From NCBI GenBank assembly GCA_951406725.2, contig OX597815.1, forward strand, positions 61,876,001 through 61,940,000: a stretch of DNA of 64,000 nucleotides, given 5' to 3'. Below the pieces are notes generated by a model, which worked only from the letters and a program-made list of their open reading frames with translations, had not been told where the DNA came from and ran no database searches. A program made the position numbers and the translations under genes. Every line of letters begins with the position of its first letter. The first letter of the stretch is position 1. The DNA is from Octopus vulgaris. Taxonomy: Eukaryota. Of this stretch, positions 54,577-64,000 are shown piece by piece.

Positions 54577-54915
54577 AGTAATTTTTATTAACTTTTATAG
54601 CTTTAGAATTTTATGAACTGTACCACGGATTTAATTATTATTATTTTTCATCTCCATATGTGTTAGCCCTTTTTTTATATAAAAAAAACTATTAGCTAAA
54701 TATGTATGATATCGGTACTTATTAATATTATATATACACTGTTATATATTTTGTTTTATTTTGTTCTGGCTACCTTCCTTTTTGTACAAATGTGTATTAT
54801 ATTATACAAGTGTAGCATTATGATGTATAAGTTTTTATATTTTACTTTTTTATATTTTTATATTTATATGTATATGATTATATAATATTTTTCACTATTA
54901 TAACAAATTTAATTT

Positions 54916-55031
54916 AATTCTCTGAAGAGGCCGTGGGGCATCTTTGTTAATGCCTCATTTATACCTGCCTTTATGGCTTATAGGTTAAATGAGGTATGAC
55001 TGTCCTCACTGCCGAAACAGCTGTCAGTTTT
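54916..55031 (+). ncRNA. Type I hammerhead with an 85-nt structured stem II domain
   Basis: CUGAAGA(54922)-GGC..GCC-GAAAC-AGCU-GUC(55025); palindromic stem III ACAGCUGU; stem I is weak. Confidence 0.72.
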
Positions 55032-55369
55032 GATTTATTTGCATATTGTATTTGTAATTTTTTACTTATATCTCTTTATCTTTTTACTTTTACTATTACT
55101 GTATATCTCATTTCATTTCATTTTATATATTGCCTTTACTCCTATGTAATGGTGTATTAAAGTATGGATTGAGTATCATCGGATAGTTGATGTTTTATTG
55201 ATTTAAATATGTTTCTCCATTCTCTAATTTTGTTGTATATATATATATATATATATATATAACGATTTCAGTGGCGTACTCCGGGAGGATGGTAACAGTA
55301 ATCCGTAGGTGTAAAAATCCAGGAATTGGTATCCAAGGCACTCAGTATCTGTGTGAGCGTGCGGTATAT

Positions 55370-55688
55370 AAAGTTAATCCAAACAAGAAAACACAAAAAA
55401 ACACAGCAACACGAGGACGTGGAACAAATAATGTATTATTGGACTCTCAGGAGAGAAGGGAAGGTGCTCACGAGGTCACATGTTGCTTTCAGCATGTGAC
55501 CTCGTGAGCACCGCCAGCAATTTTTTCCTCTGTCTTCCTTCTCGGGATCTTTCCTTCTCCTTTGTTTCCGACGAAGAGCTCCTCTCGAAACGTTAAACCC
55601 TCCTTCCCTTCTTTCCTGAGCGTCCAATAATACTTTATTTGTTCCACGTCCTCGCGTTGCTGTGTTTTTTGTGTTTTCTTGTTTGGAT

Positions 55689-55693
<5 letters not shown>
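55370..55693. repeat. Nested inverted repeats (outer arms 55370-55464 / 55602-55693; inner hairpin 55463-55512) around a hammerhead
   Basis: Direct comparison; same family as 25465-25670 and 59190-59400. Confidence 0.9.
55564..55598 (+). ncRNA. Minimal type I hammerhead (CCGACGA core)
   Basis: GUUU-CCGACGA-A-GAG-CUCCU-CUC-GAAAC-GUU-AAAC. Confidence 0.7.
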
Positions 55694-55759
<66 letters not shown>

Positions 55760-56782
55760 TATTGTGTCTGGGGAGAGTCATTTTCTTTTTTTTTCTTGCC
55801 TTATAATATAAACACACACACCGGTAAAATCTCCACTTTTTTTCTTATTTTTATTTTCCTAAAATTTTCGTTGCATCTTGCAACCTTTTCAATAGTTTTC
55901 ACTCTGTCCGTTAATTACATTGCGTTCTCTTTTGTTTGATTGTGCGCATCTGTGTGGATCAGTGTTTGTGTGTGTGTGCATCTGTATGTACGCATCCTGC
56001 ATATTTATGTGCTTGCCTGTCCGTGTTTGTGTATTTTCTATGTATGTGTGTGTGAGCATGTGTTTGTATATGTATGCACCTCTGTCTCCTTGTTTGTGCA
56101 TGTCTGTCTGTGTGTGTGTGTGTGTGTTATGCAACTATGTACCATGTTTGTATGCATGGATGTGTATCGTTATATGTGTGGATCCGTGTCTCTATATGTG
56201 TCTGTTCTTATAGCCTATGTACCTATCCGTCTGTATGTTGATCTGTTTATTTATATTTTCTATGTGCTTACATACACGGATCCACACATATAAAGATGCA
56301 CATCCATATATACAAACATGGTACATAGTTGCATAACACACACACACACAGACATGCAGTCACAAGGAGACAGAGGTGCATACATATACAAACACATGCT
56401 CACACAAACATATGTAGAAAATACACAAACACGAACATGCATGCACATAAATATGCAGGATACGTACATACAGATGCACATACATATACACATATGCATA
56501 CACACACATATATACATACATACACATGCAAATACACATACATACATACGTACATGCATGCATGTATAGGCACACACACACAGACACTGACCCATACACA
56601 TGCGCACAAACAAACAAAAGGGAACGCAGTGTAAATAACGGACAGAGTCAAAACTATTGAAACGGTTGCAAGACGCAACGAAAATTTTAGGAAAATAAAA
56701 ATAAGAAAAAAATTTTACCGGTGAGTGTATTATATTATAAGGCAAGAAAAAAAAAAGAAGAGGACTCTCCCCAGACACAATA
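55760..56782. repeat. ~1-kb inverted duplication (arms 55760-56189 / 56274-56782): HHR element plus captured flanking DNA
   Basis: Reverse-complement match; the two translated low-complexity ORFs mirror each other. Confidence 0.92.
55859..55895 (-). ncRNA. Minimal type I hammerhead, U3-A8 variant, intact stems
   Basis: CUA-UUGAAAA-G-GUUGCA-AGA-UGCAAC-GAAA-AUUU-UAG; the partner at 56654-56690 (+) has A9C. Confidence 0.7.
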
Positions 56783-57189
56783 GAATATGCTTCAACACAC
56801 GCACTTACAAAAAGAAAAAAGCGAAAATGCACATTGGATATAAAAAATAAAGGCTTTTTTAAAAATAAAAAGTAACGATAAATATAAACAGTTAGACGAA
56901 CTGAGGTGGAATTAAGAGGAATAAAAATCATTATTTTGAATTGTTAAAGGGATTGAAAGTCATACCGGTATCGTCAATTTCTGTTCACTGGCTTTGAAAG
57001 CGCACCGATTACCAAATGGTGTTAGGTCTACTGGTCTCTGTGTAAAAAGATTATATGCAAGGGAGGTAAGTAGTTCTGAGAGTGGTGCAATTAGGGTAGA
57101 TGTAATGCTGTACTATGAGTGGTGTATGGAATGTATGGGAATTAGTGGTATTCATGGTAATATTAGTAGTATTCTGTATTATGTTTAAG

Positions 57190-57235
<46 letters not shown>

Positions 57236-57322
57236 ATATACATATCTATCTACCTATATATTCACTTATACATCCATCCATCCATCCATCCATCCATCCA
57301 TTCATCCATCCATCCATCCATC

Positions 57323-57399
<77 letters not shown>

Positions 57400-57416
57400 C
57401 CTATCTATCTATCAAT

Positions 57417-57511
<95 letters not shown>

Positions 57512-57513
<2 letters not shown>

Positions 57514-58830
57514 GCGACATCTCAGGCTCTTCGTAGACGACGGTGAACAGGTGTGGTCGCCGTTTGTGAGGCACGCTTTCCCGCAGCTCGTCTCCATGAC
57601 CGAACTGCAGTCGTGGATCAAAAAGAGGACGAAGAAGGGCGAATGGCACCGCGAGTGTCGCGTTGCTCTCAAGCAACTCTGCCGTCCTAGGTCGACCTTG
57701 AGTGACTTCAACACAACCAAAGCATTCTATAGGGGATTAGTGGAAGGGAGATACGACGACGAGCTCGGGGCGAACCTGGACGTCGACGAGGAGTACCTGA
57801 CCCGCCTGTTCAGGACGACTTTCGGGCCAGGGCCCATGGACAACTTCCAGAGATCCCTGGCCTGGCAGTGCTACCGAGAAGCGCTACCCGTTCGGGATAA
57901 GCTCTACAGACACGGCTCGAGAAACACGGGGCCGACCTGCCCGAGATGCGGTCAGAGCGACGAAACCGTTCTGCACGCACTCGTGCAGTGTCCAACAATT
58001 TCCGACCTGTGGGCTTATGTCGAACGACTGCTGTCACGTGTGGGACGAGTCGGTTTATCAGCTGAGTCTATCGTCAATATTGTCACGCCTCCTTCCTTCA
58101 AGCGGGAGAAAGAGCTATTTTCATCATCCTTGTGGCTATGGCGAAAGAATGTATCTGGTGGACGCGTCTGAAAGGATTGGAGACAAACACTTTCCTCTCT
58201 GGTCAATCTCTCATCAACTTCTTCAAGTACCACTTGAAAAGGAAAGTGAGAGTAGAGAGGCAAGTTTTGTCCAGCGAATGTTTTAAAAAAAGATGGGTGA
58301 ATGTAGCAAGGATGGCACGTATGAATGACGAAGCCACCTTGAGCATAATCCTATGAACCCAGAAATTGAAAACAGAGGGTTACCCACTTGCAAACAAATG
58401 TGGTAACATATAACAATATTGACCAAGGTTACCGTGGTCTTTTTCGTAGGCTTTTCTTTCCACGGATAAACCTTACTTGCTTTCCCCTTTACACCATATA
58501 TCATAACACTGTGATACACGATCCCTATTGATCGTTTATTTTTCCTCTTCCCCTTTTTTTCCCCTTTTTTCTTCTTTTTTCATTTCTCTTTTCTTTTGTT
58601 CCTTTTCCTTTTCTTTTTTTTTCTTTTTATTCTTTTTATTTTTTATTTAATTTATTTATTTATTTTTGTTCTTTTCTTCCCTTTTACGAACCCTCTTGTC
58701 GAAAACCTACGCCACCCCCTTTTTTTCTTTTTTTTTCTTTTGTTTTTTGTTTTTTTCATCCCCCAAAAGAAAAGCTCTGCCTTGTAACTTGTCCCATCTG
58801 TGTGCAGCCCTGTGTGGCCAATAAAGAAAC
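57512..58830 (+). mobile_element. Tx1/L1-clade LINE 3' fragment inserted in (TATC)n
   Basis: [34 protein letters not shown]; one frameshift near 58108; (TATC)n on both sides. Confidence 0.88.
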
Positions 58831-59093
58831 TTATCTATCATCTATCTACCAATGTACATGTAGATAAATGCATTTCCATGAATATATGTAGATACATAGA
58901 TAGATACATATACATATACATACACACACACACACACACGCATATATATATATTTTTTCGTTTCTCGTTGAGTTTTACGTCTATTTGTGGTGTCCTGTAC
59001 ACACGTATATATATTTATATATGCATGTATATATACATGTAGATGTAGGTACGTACATATATGTTTGTATGTATGCATATATTTTATTTATTA

Positions 59094-59193
<100 letters not shown>

Positions 59194-59293
59194 AGTTAAT
59201 CCAAACAAGAAAGCACAAAGAAAACACAACAACGCGAAGACGTGGAACGAATATAGTATTATTGGACGCTCAGGAAAGAAGGAAAGAAGGAGG

Positions 59294-59328
59294 GTTTAAC
59301 GTTTCGAGCGGAGCTCTTCGTCGGAAAC
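59294..59328 (-). ncRNA. Minimal type I hammerhead (CCGACGA core)
   Basis: GUUU-CCGACGA-A-GAGC-UCC-GCUC-GAAAC-GUU-AAAC. Confidence 0.72.
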
Positions 59329-59416
59329 ATAGGAGAAGGAAAGATCCAGAGAAGGGAAGAGAGAGGGAAAAAAATCGCCAACGGTACACACGAGGTCACC
59401 ACACACACATATATAC

Positions 59417-59452
<36 letters not shown>

Positions 59453-59760
59453 CGGTGCCCCAGCATGGCCACAGCTCATAGGCTGGAACTGGAATCAATC
59501 AATCAATCATATATATATATATATACCAATTAAGGACTGAACACGAAAAGTGGACAGTCAACATGCTAGATATAGACGTCAAATCGTCATTCTCCACAAA
59601 AGATTATGTTCTCAGATCAAACTCTCGGATTCTTTTTTAATATGCTAGACCACTGGTCTTAATTGATAAATATCAATTTCTACCCTTAATTAATAATATA
59701 TATATATATATATATATTCACATAAATGCATTTATATACATAAGCATATTGTGTACATAC

Positions 59761-59834
<74 letters not shown>

Positions 59835-60095
59835 TCTGCTTAAATATATATATATTTTGTATGTATATTGATGTATAGTCATACATATAGATATGTATAG
59901 TCATACATATAGATATGTATAGTCACACATATAGATTTACGCACACGCTCACACGTTCGCATGGATTTCTATATATGCACTTGTCTGGCAGGTGCGTATA
60001 AAGAATGTTAACGTAGGGGTGAATCGTTGTATGTGTATGTGTGTGTCAGTACTTTTGCATTAGTCTCCGTATGTGTATGGATGTTAGTGTTAACA

Positions 60096-60150
<55 letters not shown>

Positions 60151-61001
60151 GCGCGCGTGTATATTTTGCAATGTGAGAGCGTCTTGTAGAATGTGCAGTA
60201 TGTGTGTGTCGTTGCGTGCAGTGTTTCTATGTGTGTGTGTGAATGTCTATATCTGTTGTTTGTTTTTTTTGCGTGCGTTCAAATATGCATGAATGTATCT
60301 TTGTCAATCATAGTGTAGATCTGTGTATATGTCCCTATGTGCATCTTTGTGAACGTGTGTGTGTGTGCGTGCATGTGTGTGTGTGTGCGTGTGTGTGTAT
60401 ATGTGTGAATAATCATAAAACAATAAAATACAAATATGTAAATAAATAAAAACGAGTGTAGTACGGATACGGGAAATAATAAAAAAAAATGAATTAATTA
60501 AAAACAAACAGTAAAACAAATGAGTGAAACCGGCTTTCAAGATAAAAATACAAAATGTAAAGAAAAACATGAACAGAAAATGAACAAAAATGAAAAACAT
60601 TGAAGACCACTGGGGTTACATGGATAGAACCAATGAACAGTTGTCACGTGGCACACGTGATAAACCGACAATTCCGTGCTGGGTAGGTCAGTTTAGGGGA
60701 GTAGGATGGTAAAAAAGTTACGGAAAGCCTGCGTAACATATGACGTTGTCAACGGGTGGTGAATCTCACGGTGTATTCACAGATACTCTCTCACACTACA
60801 CGTGTATATTCATAAAATATGCACCACACACATACACGCACGCATACACACATTTCACTTATTGTCTTTCCTGCCTATGTACATACACACACACACACAC
60901 ACACATATGTTTTATTTATTAATATATGTATGTATATATATATTTATACATACATAATACATACATGCATACATACATACATATACACACACACACACAC
61001 T

Positions 61002-61038
<37 letters not shown>

Positions 61039-61319
61039 GCGCAATCTTTCTCTCAGGCCCGCTTGCAATCACCCATACAATTAAAACACGCATTTTAGCA
61101 CGTACACACAGACTGATTTATATAAGCAGACAAACATATATAAAGGTGTACTTTAAGTAATAAATACGTATGACTAATGTAAAATAGAGAACAACTCACA
61201 CGCAGACATATATACACATGTCGAGGTATATATGCATGTACATGTGCACATACATCCATTCATACATACATACATCTATACATACAAACACGTATGCATG
61301 TACATGCATACATACAGAC

Positions 61320-61371
<52 letters not shown>

Positions 61372-61416
61372 GTATACAGATATAGATATGCAAATATAGG
61401 CGTATATTGATATAAT

Positions 61417-61452
<36 letters not shown>

Positions 61453-61497
61453 CATATGCATATCAATCTACATTTGGGTGTGTTTGTGTGTGTGTGT

Positions 61498-61561
<64 letters not shown>

Positions 61562-61738
61562 ACATATATACAAACACAAAATTTGCAGGATAACACCCAC
61601 ACAAGCGCTCATATGAGGATCCATAGATACAGAACATTCTCTAAATACACACGCATGAATACACGAGTGTAATGTTCGTACGTGTTTGCGTGTATTCGTG
61701 TCTAGGCGTATATGTGTGTATAGGTATGTATGTGTGCG

Positions 61739-61796
<58 letters not shown>

Positions 61797-62129
61797 CGCT
61801 TGTGCAATTGCGTGTTTGCGGTAGTGGACATGGAGTGAGAAAAATCTACATTTTGTCCACGGTTGTTGTGGACATATGTGATAATCAATCTTGATTATTG
61901 CAATTATTAAATGTGACAGAGGTGTATGGGTGTATATACAGAAGTATGTGTATATACATATATCTACACACACACACGCACAAGGTTTGTTGATATTATA
62001 TATGTATCTCTTTATACGCCTATATCTATCTATGTGTATATGTTTGAGATATTTTGATGTGGTGTGAAAGAAGGAAAGTTGTAAATATAGTCGAGCTAAC
62101 GGTTCCTCATGAAGATAATATGGACGCCG

Positions 62130-62570
62130 ACTCGGGCTCGAAAATTTAGCCGTTATGTAAACCTCCTCGAGGAATGTGAAGACGCAGGCTGGAAAGCGGA
62201 ACATCTTCCAATCGAAGTCGGATGTAGAAGGTTCGTTGGATACCGTGTGAGACGACTGTTGTTATCGCTAGGCCTAACTCATCGTAAAGTCAATACCACC
62301 ATGACCGATATCCAATCTAGAGTGGAGAAGGCTAGCCACTGGATTTGGTTAAAAAGAGACGATGAGCGATGGCTAGAAGGATATTGAGCTTTATTTGATA
62401 ATCAGCTGATCTAGTAAGCGGGGCCTCATATCAGTGAGGGGGGCCAGTGCGCATTGATGTCGTCGAGAGGTAGGCCCCGAAACGGCGCGCATTCTCTCCT
62501 GATGACCCCATACACTTGGTGGCTTCCGGTATACAGAGCTTTTGACTGGTAGCACTTGCATGTGCAAGTT
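62130..62570 (+). mobile_element. HERO-like (RLE) non-LTR retrotransposon 3' end with 3' UTR
   Basis: RKFSRYVNLLEECEDAGWKAEHLPIEVGCRRFVG..VEKASHWIWLKR, stop at 62387, GC-rich structured UTR. Confidence 0.8.
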
Positions 62571-62904
62571 GTTTGCAAGACATATAAATGTTTGTGTGTA
62601 TATAATATATGCATAGAAATGTATATTCGTTTTATGTGTGTGCATGCCTGTGTATTTATATGTGTATTCTTTTACGTGTGTATATGAATGCGTGTGTATG
62701 TGCGCGTGTGTATATTTGTATGTATTTCAAGAACTGTTCTATATATGGTGGCTGTCAGAGAAAAACTAGAAGTTTCCTGTTCCGATGCAATCATCAGAAC
62801 TTTCATCTATCGTCAACGTCAGGAGAAAAACACCACCAAGCATTCATGTATGTATGTATGTATGTATGTATGTATGTATGTATGTATGTATGTATGTATG
62901 TATG

Positions 62905-62938
<34 letters not shown>

Positions 62939-62960
62939 TGTATGTATGTATGCTTGCATC

Positions 62961-63046
<86 letters not shown>

Positions 63047-63359
63047 ACACACGCAATTCTTCTAGGTGGTGCTCCAGTAGGTTCGCAGTCTAATAATCGA
63101 AAGAAGCAAAAGAAAACAGGGGAGATAATTTCATACGAATAAAACACAAGGAAGAACAGCGCGATTGTTATTAATATTATTAATGTTTAAACAGTTCATT
63201 GATAAAAGCAAAATATTTTTCCTTCATTCATCAATTTATTCTATCCCCCAAAATGCAAAGCTCGTGCTGTGTGTGTGTGTGTGCTTGTGTGTGCGTGCGC
63301 GCGCGCGTTTGTGTGTGTGCCTGGTTGTGTGAATTTGCACACACACATACACCCCCCGC

Positions 63360-63407
<48 letters not shown>

Positions 63408-63904
63408 ATGGATAGATAGATATAGATATACAAATAGTTGTTTAAGTGCTTTTGTATACAAATGACATTGGGATGAAGATTTACTTCCCTTTACCCCACA
63501 ACAGCTAAACCTTTGTCTAAAAACATCAGCCAGAAAGGTCTTGATTCTTGAGATCATCCCATTCCTTCTCAAGCGAGTGTGTTACCACCAGCTTTACCAT
63601 TATCTAGAAGCGAAGAAAATATTGCTTTCAAATTTTTGCACAAGGCCAGCAAGTTCAGGGGATGGGTTAAGTCGATCAGATCGAACCCAAGGTTCAACTG
63701 ATACTTAATTTATCGATCCCGAAAGAATGAATGACATATTAAGATTTATCCTAGATGCTATTTATTCATCTTTGTTTTCCAGCTCCACGTCCCTGACCAT
63801 TCTGCGTTGATTCTATGTATTTTTGTTTTAATTACACGCACGCACACGCGCACGCGCGCACAATCACACACGCACACACAGACACACACACAGACACAGA
63901 CACA

Positions 63905-63942
<38 letters not shown>

Positions 63943-63966
63943 CGCATGTGTGTAAGTCTCTTTTTG

Positions 63967-63998
<32 letters not shown>

Positions 63999-64000
63999 GT

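Overview
This is eukaryotic, very AT-rich DNA saturated with microsatellites. The SINE families, repeat density and TTAGGG motif suggest an octopod cephalopod genome (inference). Almost all ORFs in the track are microsatellite artefacts, and no complete host gene is visible. There is one good candidate first coding exon with a signal peptide (50363-50232, minus strand) and two weak exon candidates. The rest is decayed transposable-element sequence: R4/Dong-like, Tx1/L1-like, RTE, CR1 and HERO-like LINE pieces, several Penelope-like (PLE) RT and GIY-YIG fragments, two mariners, hAT pieces, a non-autonomous Helitron, tRNA-derived SINEs and a long-TIR MITE carrying a (TTAGGG)n array. The main signal not shown by the ORF track is about 20 type I hammerhead-ribozyme (HHR) motifs from roughly ten different short repeat families. 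Most have palindromic, dimer-type stem III. Several carry recurrent core variants (U3-A8 covariation, U4C, long or branched stem II), and many sit in outward-facing inverted hairpins. All structures were read by eye; none has been folded or searched computationally.
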